The translations under genes were made by a program, and so were the position numbers. Shown piece after piece: positions 12,001 through 23,040 of a stretch of 64,000 nt of DNA (position 1 is its first letter; every line of letters starts with the position of its first letter). The stretch is from Laetmonice hystrix. Taxonomy: Eukaryota. The notes beneath the pieces were generated by a model that did not search any database, was not told where the DNA came from, and saw nothing but the letters and a program-made list of their open reading frames with translations. The stretch is taken from NCBI GenBank assembly GCA_965235115.1, contig OZ249436.1, positions 42,844,001 to 42,908,000 of the forward strand. The letters are read 5' to 3'.

Positions 12001-13827
12001 GGTCATTTATGTAATCTCAGTCACTAGATTTGATGACTGCAGGTAACATGCTGGCCTGACAGTATGAGCGGGCCTTGGGTCATTTATGTAATCTCAGTCA
12101 CTAGATTTGATGACTGCAGGAAACATGCTGGCCTGACAGTATGAGCGGGCCTTGGGTCATGTAATCTCAGTCACTAGATTTGATGACTGCAGGTAACATG
12201 CTGGCCTGACAGTATGAGCGGGCCTTGGGTCATGTAATCTCAGTCACTAGATTTGATGACTGCAGGCAACATGCCGGCCTGACAGTATGAGCGGGCCTTG
12301 GGCCATTCATGTAATCTCAGTCACTAGATTTGATGACTGCAGGCAACATGCTGGCCTGACAGTATGAGCGGGCCTTGGACCATTTATGTAATCTCAGTCA
12401 CTAGATTTGATGACTGCAGGCAGCCTGCCTGACAGTATGAGCGGGCCTTGGGTCATTTATGTAATCTCAGTCACTAGATTTGATGACTGCAGGCAACATG
12501 CCGGCCTGGCGGTATGAGCGGGCCTTGGGCCATGTAATCTCAGTCACTAGATTTGATGACTGCAGGCAACATGCTGGCCTGACAGTATGAGCGGGCCTTG
12601 GACCATTTATGTAATCTCAGTCACTAGATTTGATGACTGCAGGCAACATGCTGGCCTGACAGTATGAGCGGGCCTTGGACCATTTATGTAATCTCAGTCA
12701 CTAGATTTGATGACTGCAGGCAGCTGGCCTGACAGTATGAGCGGGCCTTGGGTCATTTATGTAATCTCAGTCACTAGATTTGATGACTGCAGGCAGCCGG
12801 CCTGACAGTATAAGCGGGCCTTGGACCATTTATGTAATCTCAGTCACTAGATTTGATGACTGCAGGCAACATGCCGACCTGACAGTATGAGCGGGCCTTG
12901 GGTCATTTATGTAATCTCAGTCACTAGATTTGATGACTGCAGGCAACATGCTGGCCTGACAGTATGAGCGGGCCTTGGACCATTTATGTAATCTCAGTCA
13001 CTAGATTTGATGACTGCAGGCAGCCGGCCTGACAGTATGAGCGGGCCTTGGGCCATGTAATCTCAGTCACTAGATTTGATGACTGCAGGCAACATGCCGG
13101 CCTGACAGTATGAGCGGGCCTTGGACCAGTTATGTAATCTCAGTCACTAGATTTGATGACTGTAGGCAACATGCTGGCCTGACAGTATGAGCGGGCCTTG
13201 GACCAGTTATGTAATCTCAGTCACTAGATTTGATGACTGCAGGCAGCCTGCCTGACAGTATGAGCGGGCCTTGGGCCATGTAATCTCAGTCACTAGATTT
13301 GATGATTGTAGGCAACATGCTGGCCTGACAGTATGAGCGGGCCTTGGGTCATTTATGTAATCTCAGTCACTAGATTTGATGACTGCAGGCAACATGCTGG
13401 CCTGACAGTATGAGCGGGCCTTGGACTATTTATGTAATCTCAGTCACTAGATTTGATGACTGCAGGCAACATGCTGGCCTGACAGTATGAGCGGGCCTTG
13501 GGCCATTTATGTAATCTCAGTCACTAGATTTGATGACTGCAGGCAACATGCCGGCCTGACAGTATGAGCGGGCCTTGGACCGTTTATGTAATCTCAGTCA
13601 CTAGATTTGATGACTGCAGGAAACACGATGGCCTGACAGTATGAGCGGGCCTTGGGTCATGTAATCTCAGTCACTAGATTTGATGACTGCAGGCAGCCGG
13701 CCTGACAGTATGAGCGGGCCTTGGGTCATGTAATCTCAGTCACTAGATTTGATGACTGCAGGCAACATGCCGGCCTGACAGTATGAGCGGGCCTTGGGTC
13801 ATTTATGTAATCTCAGTCACTAGATTT
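9047..13827. repeat. Satellite array of 77-bp units (shorter indel variants), about 64 copies
   Basis: Unit GACTGCAGGCAACATGCTGGCCTGACAGTATGAGCGGGCCTTGGACCATTTATGTAATCTCAGTCACTAGATTTGAT, with recurrent 4-nt and 7-nt deletions. Confidence 0.97.
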
Positions 13828-14625
13828 GCAATTAAGCAACATATTATTATTATTCTGCCAGGGTGTTATGTGTTTAAGGTCATGCGCTACACTAAGTCAA
13901 CCCCATTACATATCAATATTATGTATTTTGATCGAAAAAACAGTTTCTGATTTTAAAAAGGTAAAAATATCCATATGTTATCATGCTGACTTTTGTGTGG
14001 GCAATCTATAGAAAATGCACCTTTGTGTTAAATTGAGTGCACCTCACACTAATTGGAGGCCACCATGGTAAACCCAAGGCTTTGCACAGGCATTGTTTCC
14101 CATAAACCTAGGCTTATAACAAAAAAGAGTAACCACGGTGACAAATTTCTAAAGATTTTCGAAGTGAAAAAAAGGATTATCGTGTGACGTAGCCATAGTG
14201 TCCTACTCTTTGTGTGTTAACCAGTTCCAACTCAGAACCTCATGACAAAAGCAGTAAAACGTTTTCCAACGGAAACCATCCCTTTAACGGTGTTAGGGTG
14301 TTAGAGACACCCCCTGCCCACCCCACACCCCGAGGGTAGAGAGAGAGAGAACGGGTAATAGACTCAGTGATAGTTTTATGATTGAATCCATCCACAATGA
14401 CTGGCCCGAGGAGGGAACGTTTTGATTGGTCGTTTGATTTCATTCCTAACCTGCTCTAGTTCACGGGTTCGCCTAATTGTATCCACGGGCAGTCATCATG
14501 AAGCAATCCGTAACAGGGCCTGTTTTATGGCTGACCTGGTCAAAACTGTTTAAACCTTTTGGAGGGGGAGTCAGGGTGTCAATGAGGATCGTTTAAAATA
14601 TCAATGTTGATGTTCACCCTTCAGA

Positions 14626-14793
14626 CTTTCCCAGGCGGAGTTTAAACCCCCCTAATTAACGTTAACATTATTTTATGATACTACTTTTCCAGGCTGAGTT
14701 TAAACCCCCCCCCCCTAATTAAAGTTAACATTTTTTATTATATGACTTCTTCCTGGTGAGTTTTAAAGTTTTAAAGTTTAACATTTTTTTATG
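14626..14793. repeat. Three degenerate tandem copies of about 60 bp
   Basis: TTTCCAGG..GAGTTTAAA..AAGTTAACATTTTTT recurs three times. Confidence 0.7.
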
Positions 14794-14797
14794 ATCA

Positions 14798-15013
14798 ATA
14801 ATCGCTAGGTAATTACAAGCCAGGATCGGCATGTAGGATCACCGTATCTGAGTAATCGCTAGGTAATTACAAGCCAGGATCGGCATGCAGGATCACCGTA
14901 TCTGAGTAATCGCTAGGTAATTACAAGCCAGGATCGGCATGTAGGATCACCGTATCTGAGTAATCGCTAGGTAATTACAAGCCGGGATCGGTATGCAGGA
15001 TCACCGTATCTGA
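14798..15013. repeat. 54-bp minisatellite, 4 copies
   Basis: Unit TAATCGCTAGGTAATTACAAGCCAGGATCGGCATGYAGGATCACCGTATCTGAG. Confidence 0.95.
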
Positions 15014-15196
15014 CAAACGATGAGATTACGCAGTCGGATAGAGAAGAATCTCGCAGATTACGACCGGGCAGAGAATTTTAAGGGATTACCCACCGACAAA
15101 TAACCTGCACATTCCGAAAAATAACGCCATACAACTTTTGCGGGTGGGTGGGTGGGGGGGTGTAACTTAGGTAAGAAGGTGCCACCTCAGTTTAGT

Positions 15197-16091
15197 TTGT
15201 TTAGCCTACATTCCCCGTGGAATGAGCCCGGGGTCGCTACTGTATAATAACCACTCTTTCCATGTCTGTGATATTCTATATTGTGTGACGATGGCCTACT
15301 TGTTTAGCCTACATTCCCCGTGGAATGAGCCCGGGGTCGCTACTGTATAATAACCACTCTTTCCATGTCTGTGATATTCTATATTGTGTGACGATGGCCT
15401 ACTTGTTTAGCCTACATTCCCCGTGGAATGAGCCCAGGGTGTCTACTGTGTAATAACCAGTTTTTCTGTGTCTGTGATATTCTATATTGTGTGACGATGG
15501 CCTACTTGTTTAGCCTACATTCCCCGTGGAATGAGCCCCGGGGTCTCTACTGTATAATAACCACTCTTTCCGTGTCTGTGATATTCTATATTGTGTGACG
15601 ATGACCTACTTGTTTAGCTTACATTCCCCGTGGAATGAGCCCGGGAGTGTCTACTGTATAATAACCACTCTTTCCGTGTCTGTGGTATTCTATATTGTGT
15701 GACGATGACCTACTTGTTTAGCTTACATTCCCCGTGGAATGAGCCCCGGGTGTCTACTGTATAATAACCACTCTTTCCGTGTCTGTGATATTCTGTATTG
15801 TGTGACGATGACCTACTTGTTTAGCCTACATTCCCCGTGGAATGAGCCCAGGGTATCTACTGTATAATAACCACTCTTTCCATGTCTGTGATATTCTATA
15901 TTGTGTGACGATGACCTACTTGTTTAGCCTACATTCCCCGTGGAATGAGCCCCGGGTGTCCACTGTATAACAACCACTCTTTCCGTGTCTGTGATATTCT
16001 ATATTGTGTGACGATGGCCTACTTGTTTAGCCTACATTCCCCGTGGAATGAGCCCCGGGTGCCTGCTGTATAATAACCACTCTTTCCATGT
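15197..16091. repeat. 103-bp tandem repeat, about 8.7 copies
   Basis: Unit TTGTTTAGCCTACATTCCCCGTGGAATGAGCCC..TATTGTGTGACGATGRCCTAC. Confidence 0.95.
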
Positions 16092-16654
16092 ACTACTCAC
16101 ATGATGACTAGTGACACGGTCCTCCCTTGACGATATCAATATTGGCAATATGTTTCCACTTAGTTTACTTTCATAAAAGGAACAACTCTGGCGTAGAATA
16201 AATGTGTAAAGACACTACAGGATGCTGCAACTACTGGTGATGACAATTCAAACATCCATGAGATCTATAACTCTTGTATTCCCTGCGCACTGAGAGGCTG
16301 CACGGAGAGACCTCCTGCAGACGTTTGTAGGTCAGTAGGCAGTGACATTGAGGACGGAGTGCAGGGTAACACTGGCAGGATCCAGTCTTATCGCACGGCC
16401 GTATCGCCAGCTTTCTGCACCATAAACCGTTTTCATGCTGGTGATTGCCTTGGGTGACCAAGCAGCAACTAGTCGGTCTGACTACAGCCTGCCCCTCTCG
16501 GTCCGCCCCCGGCCCCCGGCGTCCTCTGCCAGAGATAGCCGTCGGTGACGAAGCCCTCCACCCCTGTTCTGATGGTTCCCACGGGGACAATGCCTTACCA
16601 CCCCCTCCCCCGGCCCAGTCCCTTCATCACACCCGTCACACCGCCAAGGTCGAC

Positions 16655-17000
16655 CGGGGCGGGCGGAGGCCTGGGGCCGGGGGACGGAGGCCAGGGGGCC
16701 GGTGGCCGGGGGCCGGTGGCCGGGGGCCGGTGGCCGGGGGCCGGTGGCCGGGGGCCGGTGGCCGGGGGCCGGTGGCCGGGGGCCGGTGGCCGGGGGCCGG
16801 TGGCCGGTGGCCGGTGGCCGGGGGCCGGGGGCCGGTGGCCGGGGGCCGGTGGCCGGGGGCCGGGGGGACGGGGGACGGGGGACGGGGTCCGGGGGCCGGG
16901 GGCCGGGGGGCCAGGGGGCGGAGGCCAGGAGGCCGGGGGGCCGGGGGGCCAGGGGCCGGGGGCCGGGGGCCAGGGGTCCGGTGTCCGGTGTCCGGGGACC
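16655..17000 (+). repeat. Extremely GC-rich 7/14-bp repeat (GGCCGGG / GGCCGGT) with G-quadruplex potential
   Basis: (GGCCGGGGGCCGGT)n with G4-5 runs on the + strand. Confidence 0.92.
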
Positions 17001-17456
17001 GTCCCCCACCGTCTGCTTGCACACACATTGACATTAATTGTTTCTCTCCCAGATATTCTTGTCATCAGGAGGTGAACTCCGGTATATTTTTTTATATTAT
17101 TTTTTGTCCGATGGCGTGTATTGATAAAAGGAGGTAAGGATTAATACTTTGAGCAGGGGCCGGATCAGTCGGACTGACAGTCAAGCGATAGTTTACCCTG
17201 ACTGGTATCAAGGTTAAGGTCGGGTGACCTTCAGGTTTAGTGGGGGCGTCTTTCTATACAGGCTAACTCTGCACGGTGGAAGCTTGTATTTACTGCTGAT
17301 GTACTGCATGTTCTGTGGTGGTGTTTCATGTTCTATGGTGGTGTTTCATTGAAATGTTTTGAGAAGAGTTCGTATAAGAAATATATTTTACTAAAATATA
17401 TTCTAAAATTTAGAATATGGAATGGGGTGGAATGAAAAGATAGATTTATACGGCTT

Positions 17457-18281
17457 CTGACAGGGTGACAGGCACAGGGGGGCTCAGTGACAGGGACAGG
17501 GGAACTCAGTGATAGAGACAGGGGGCTCAGTGACAGAGACAGGGAGACTCGGTGACAGGGACAGGGGGACTCGGCGACAGGGACAGGGGGACTCAGTGAG
17601 ACACGGTGGCAGGGACAGGGGGACTCGGTGACAGGGACAGGGGGACTCAGTGACAGGGACACGGGGACTCAGTGACAGGATTCAGGGACAGTGGGACTCA
17701 GTGACAGGGACAGTGGGACTCGGTGACAGGGACAGTGGGACTCAGTGACAGGGACAGTGGGACTCGGTGACAGGGACAGGGGACTCAGTGACAGGGACAG
17801 TGGGACTCGGTGACAGGGACAGGGGGACTCGGTGACAGGGACAGGGGGACTCAGTGACAGGGACAGTGGGACTCGGTGACAGGGACAGGGGGACTCAGTG
17901 ACAGGGACAGTGGGACTCGGTGACAGGGGGACTCAGTGACAGGGACAGGGGGACTCAGGGACAGGGGGACTCGGTGACAGGGACAGGGGGACTCAGTGAC
18001 AGGGACAGGGGGACTCAGGGACAGGGGGACTCGGTGACAGGGACAGTGGGATTCAGGGACAAGGGGACTCAGTGACAGGGACAGTGGGATTCGGTGACAG
18101 GGACAGGGGGACTCAGTGACAGGGACAGGGGGACTCAGTGACATGCAGGGACACTCAGTGACAGGGACAGTGGGATTCAGGGACAGGGGGCTCGGTGACA
18201 GGGACAGGGGGATTCAGGGACAGGGGGCTCGGTGACAGGGACAGGGGGATTCAGGGACAGGGGGACTCGGTGACAGGGACA
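17457..18281. repeat. Purine-rich minisatellite of about 22 bp
   Basis: Unit GTGACAGGGACAGKGGGACTCR, with 16-bp deletion variants. Confidence 0.95.
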
Positions 18282-18862
18282 GAGAGGTATTGGTTTCTCT
18301 GGGTGCCCTTACTCTGTGTGCTGGCATTCCTCTCCTGGACTCTCCGTCACCAAGCCCACTCTGACCCGACCTGACCAAGGTCATCGGGAGGCCACCTATT
18401 GACGCCAAGAGTATACCATAGTTCAACCTGGCCAAGATTTCAATAAAGATTTGGGAGGGAGATTAGAGAAATGATTGAATTATAGAGAAACGTTATGAAA
18501 TCATTAAAATTGTAGTAAGTGAGCTATAGATCCGTGTCCAGGAGATAGTTTTAGTCATTGGAGCACTGGAGGATGTTGGATACAGAAAAACATCTCTGTG
18601 ACAGCAACGCCGCAACGCCAGGACAACTGTCCTTGACTTGATGTATGTGTGTGTGGGGGTGGGGGGTGGGAGGGGGGGCTGAGCGGGTCTAGAGATGTGT
18701 TAAAAAGCATCATAAAAGTGGAGAGCCTCTACTGTAGTGTCGCCGGACAGAAAGAAAAAATGAAGAAATACAAAGCAACAACAAAAGCAACAGAACTTTT
18801 TGCCGTCCTGACAATGGCCAACAGGAATATTGCCGACCGCTGTTTCTTGACTGGTTTCCAAT

Positions 18863-19055
18863 ATGGGCGTGCCAGGTGGGGCCCGGGGCCCGGGGCCCGG
18901 GGCCCGGGGCCTGGGGCATGTTCCCCCAGAAAAAAAATTAGAGAATAGCCTATATTGGAGTGCTTTATGCCGTTTTAAGCAAGGAGATTGCCGAAAATCG
19001 GACTAAAAATAAAGCCTGGAAAATGTAGATTTGATTAAATCATTATGTAAAGACG

Positions 19056-19089
<34 letters not shown>

Positions 19090-19152
19090 GAGCTAAACCT
19101 TTGACTGGTTTCTGGGAAACGGTCGACCCCCCCCCCCCCCGATCCGCCCCTG
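18863..19152. mobile_element. Possible non-autonomous DNA element with GC-rich ends and an internal (GTT)n tract
   Basis: Left ATGGGCGTGCCAGGTGGGG and right CCCCCCC.GATCCGCCCCTG. The internal GGGGCATGTTCCCCCAGAAAAAAATT resembles GGGGAGCGTATTCTCTCAGAAGATGTT at about 63838. Confidence 0.4.
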
Positions 19153-19675
19153 GACTAGGTGGTTGGTGGCAGTGCCGGCGGACGCCAGTTTCGCCGTTCA
19201 CGAACGGTTTTAAAAGGATTAAGCGTGGGTGTTGTCCAGGCGTCTGATTGCCGCTCCAACATTCCGAGAAGAACCGTCTCCTTGGACTCGCTATTCCTGG
19301 CCGCTCGCTCAGAACCGGCCACAACCGCTGACATTTAAAGGTGGTCGCAACATTGTCGTGGGCAGTTTCTTTAAGAAAAACCTACCAGATGGAAGCCTTG
19401 ACATTTTGCCTTGGTGAGGTATTGGATGCCTGCTGGGTAGTGTAAGGTTAAGACATCACACGTTCACAGCGGCAATTAGACCTCAGTGACTCAGATCGGT
19501 TCTTTGTGAAAAGGTATTATTCCTGATACTCGCCCGAAATAAAAGCGATCTTTAGTGATTTTGAAAGTTTCTCACAGTTTTTTTATATTTCTTTCTATAT
19601 ATTACCAGGAGGAATAATTGAATGATATAATCTGTATTGTCGATGTTTGTTGTTACCACAATTTCTACATTAACT

Positions 19676-20070
19676 ATAGCCAGGGGCTAGTTTAACTAGT
19701 CAGCGGCTAGCTTAACTAGTCAGAGGATAGTTTAACTATTCAGAGGCTAGTTTAACTACTCAGAGGCTAGTTTAACTAGTCAGCGGCTAGTTTAACTATT
19801 CTGAGGCTAGTTTAACTAGTCAGCGGCTAGTTTAACTATTTAGAGGCCAGTTTAACTAGTCAGAGGCTAGTTTAACTAGTCAGAGGCTAGTTTAACTATT
19901 CAGAGGCTAGTTTAACTATTCAGAGGCTAGTCTAACTAGTCGGAGGCTAGTTTAACTATTTAGAGGCTAGTTTAACTACTCAGAGGCTAGTTTAACTATT
20001 CAGAGGCTAGTTTAACTAGTCAGAGGCTAGTTTAACTAGCCAGAGTTTGTTAACTAGCTCACGGCTAGTT
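19676..20070. repeat. 20-bp quasi-palindromic minisatellite, about 19 copies
   Basis: Unit AGAGGCTAGTTTAACTAGTC. The core CTAGTTTAACTAG is an inverted repeat with a 1-nt centre. Confidence 0.95.
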
Positions 20071-20573
20071 TTTGTTGGAGAAGGATTGATGAAAAGTGGC
20101 GTTCCTGCTAGAAAGTGTGTATTCGGAAAGGCTTTCAACATCTCATTCTGTAAGCAAACAGAAACCAGTTTACTTTGAGCGTGGCGCCTGGTACAGTGTT
20201 GATTTCTGACTCCAAGTTCTCCAGTACACCATGTTGTGTCCTCACAACCAGCGGTCCATTTCAGTGGAGTTAAACACCAGAACCAAAACTGTTTTTCAAG
20301 CCTGGTTGTAGGTTTTATTGACTTTTGTGGTAATTAACAAAACTTTCATTCATGCTGATTAACTGTGTTCTTGATGCTGGGATTCCAGTTTCCAGCCGAC
20401 ACGGCAGTCGAGGTGTCTGTAGGATTACAGGCCCGTGTTAATTACCAGTGGTTTTGTTTTCAGGCAGATCTTTATTCTGTCCTGGTTTGTAATTAATCAT
20501 TCAGTTGTCACGGTCCTCTGGCTGGATTTACGTAGAAACGGGCAGAGCGAGATGGGACGAGATTCTGTGTACT

Positions 20574-20610
20574 GCCGCTAGGGGGCGTGCAAACAGAGCC
20601 CGCATGCGCA
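20574..20610 (+). promoter_or_regulatory. CTCF-like motif followed by an NRF1-like motif
   Basis: GCCGCTAGGGGGCGTG matches the CCRSYAGRKGGCR core. CGCATGCGCA lies at 20601-20610. Motif match only. Confidence 0.45.
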
Positions 20611-21165
20611 GGACCAACATATCCATAGTTACCATGCCAGAGTTCAAACGCTACGTGCAGCCAACTAGGAAACTTGGTATTTTTAGGGATCAAATTGACA
20701 ATCTTCGTCTAGTTGTCCCAAAAACAAATTTACGTTGGTTTCGCTCAAAGTTGCATTATGTCCTGATAATTTAAAGTGGCATTATGAAGACATTACGCAC
20801 TCCTGGCAAACTGGTCCAAGTCTGGCGATATTTGCGAGTCACAGCAGTGTACTGAGATAAATATCTGGAGTTTTGACCGTGTTGTGACGGATATCCCTAG
20901 GCTACATCGATATCTCAGGTTATATTATCATATAATACCGTCTCGACCACGCCCGGTTGTGCAATATTGAAAATAACACACTGCTCAGTCATGCAATATC
21001 GAAAAATAAAAATATTTTTCATCATTCTGCATCTTATATTTCCTACGGGGGCCCAGAAAGGTCCCTTTCTATTATATAACATTATTTTAGCCGTCAAGAT
21101 GTCCTTGGTTGACATCAAGGCGCGAACCCACCAACATTTACTCAGTCGGCATGTTATACTTACAG

Positions 21166-21457
21166 GTACGTACTTTGTATCGAAGAAACGGAAAGCGCAG
21201 CAGTTGGCGGAGTCTGTGCGCCAGCTTCACGACGAATGGTGGACAGAGGCGGCCCAGCTGCGGGCCAAGGCTGGCTCGTACGGACACAGGTGGCGCCGGG
21301 AGAATGTGGTGCTCCCAGACCACCGCTTGGAACCACCTGTGCTCACCGACACCACCGTGGGAACACCGTACGTTCACCTCAACGACCTTGACCTTGACAC
21401 GTACAAGGACGCTGACATCTCGGCTCGACTCCCCGAGCGTCTCTTTAAATACGACAG
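21166..21457 (+). CDS. Putative coding exon, product unidentified: (G)TYFVSKKRKAQQLAESVRQLHDEWWTEAAQLRAKAGSYGHRWRRENVVLPDHRLEPPVLTDTTVGTPYVHLNDLDLDTYKDADISARLPERLFKYD(R). An alternative 5' end uses the acceptor at 21090 and the ATG at 21099.
   Basis: Non-repetitive open frame with strong G/C bias at third codon positions. Acceptor TTATACTTACAG ends at 21165 and a canonical donor CAG|GTGAGT lies at 21457/21458. An alternative TTATTTTAG|CCGTCAAGATG is in the same frame. No partner exons recognised. Confidence 0.6.
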
Positions 21458-21857
21458 GTGAGTCTGACATTGTGTAAAGCTTTTAGGTGAGTCTGACATT
21501 GTGTAAAGTTTTTAGGTCAGTCTGACATTGTGTAAAGTTTTTAGGTCAGTCTGACATTGTGTAGGCCTAAAGTTTTTAGGTCAGTCTGACATTGTGTAGG
21601 CCTAAAGTTTTTAGGTCAGTCTGACATTGTGTAAAGTTTTTAGGTCAGTCTGACATTGTGTAGGCCTAAAGTTTTTAGGTCAGTCTGACATTGTGTAGGC
21701 CTAAAGTTTTTAGGTCAGTCTGACATTGTGTAAAGTTTTTAGGTCAGTCTGACATTGTGTAAAGTTTTTGGGTCAGTCTGACATTGTGTAAAGTTTTTAG
21801 GTCAGTCTGACATTGTGTAAAGTTTTTAGGTCAGTCTGACATTGTGCAAAGTTTTTT
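21456..21857 (+). repeat. 29-bp minisatellite (35-bp variant) starting at the splice donor, about 13 copies
   Basis: Unit AGGTSAGTCTGACATTGTGTAAAGTTTTT. Four units carry an extra GGCCTA. Confidence 0.95.
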
Positions 21858-22268
21858 TTATCTTTACAACTAATGTCCTGAACGTAAATTTTGTTCAAGG
21901 AGTATAACTTTGGTCTTTACCTGAAAGGGTGGAGGATTGACCTGACATATTCAAGTAGGCCTATCTCCATCAGAGATAGGCCTAAGTGATTTATGGTGCA
22001 ATATTTCCTCCCGAATCCCGACCCCAACCACCCCCCCCCCCCCCAAATCAGTGGAAGCTTGGCCAACGGCGTCGTCACTTTTATCTTGACCTTGATGGAA
22101 CCGATCTGGAGTCAAGGTCAGCAGCAGGACTGCCACCTCTGACCAGAAAAAGTTTTTTCTCCACAACCTGCGATAAAAATGAGGCCCTCTATATCAGAAA
22201 TAATAGAATGTGCGTCCATGTACACACACTGAGCGTTCCTGCTGCCTTGATCTGTTATGATGACTAGG

Positions 22269-23040
22269 AGTACCGGTATATGTAACATTGCATCCTGATA
22301 CCTTAAATCTTCCCGCAGTAAGTGAATGGTACCGGTAGGTCTATATGTAACATTGCATCCTGATACCTTAAATCTTCCCGCAGTAAGTGAATGGTACCGG
22401 TATATGTAACATTGCATCCCGATACCTTAAATCTTCCCGCAGTAAGTGAATGGTACCGGTATATGTAACATTGCATCCTGATACCTTAAATCTTCCCGCA
22501 GTAAGTGAATGGTATCGGTATAGGCCTATGTAACATTGCATCCTGATACCTTTAATCTTCCCGCAGTAAGTGAATGGTAGGCCCTATCGGTATATGTAAC
22601 ATTGCATCCTGATACCTTAAATCTTCCCGCAGTAAGTGAATGGTACCGGTATATGTAACATTGCATCCCGATACCTTTAATCTTCCCGCAGATGGTACCG
22701 GTATATGTAACATTGCATCCTGATACCTTAAATCTTCCCGCAGTAAGTGAATGGTACCGGTATATGTAACATTGCATCCTGATACCTTAAATCTTCCCGC
22801 AGTAAGTGAATGGTACCGGTATATGTAACATTGCATCCTGATACCTTAAATCTTCCCGCAGTAAGTGAATGGTACCGGTATATGTAACTTTGCATCCTGA
22901 TACCTTAAATCTTCCCGCAGTAAGTGAATGGTACCGGTATATGTAACATTGCATCCCGATACCTTAAATCTTCCCGCAGTAGGCCTAAGTGAATGGTACC
23001 GGTATATGTAGGCTAACATTGCATCCTGATACCTTAAATC
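22269..23040 (+). repeat. 59-bp minisatellite, about 13 copies
   Basis: Unit GTACCGGTATATGTAACATTGCATCCTGATACCTTAAATCTTCCCGCAGTAAGTGAATG. Confidence 0.95.

Noticed and set aside
16445..17137. Gly/Pro/Arg-rich, collagen-like ORFs
   Set aside because: 7/14-bp GC repeat with no Gly-X-Y periodicity; all six frames are open.
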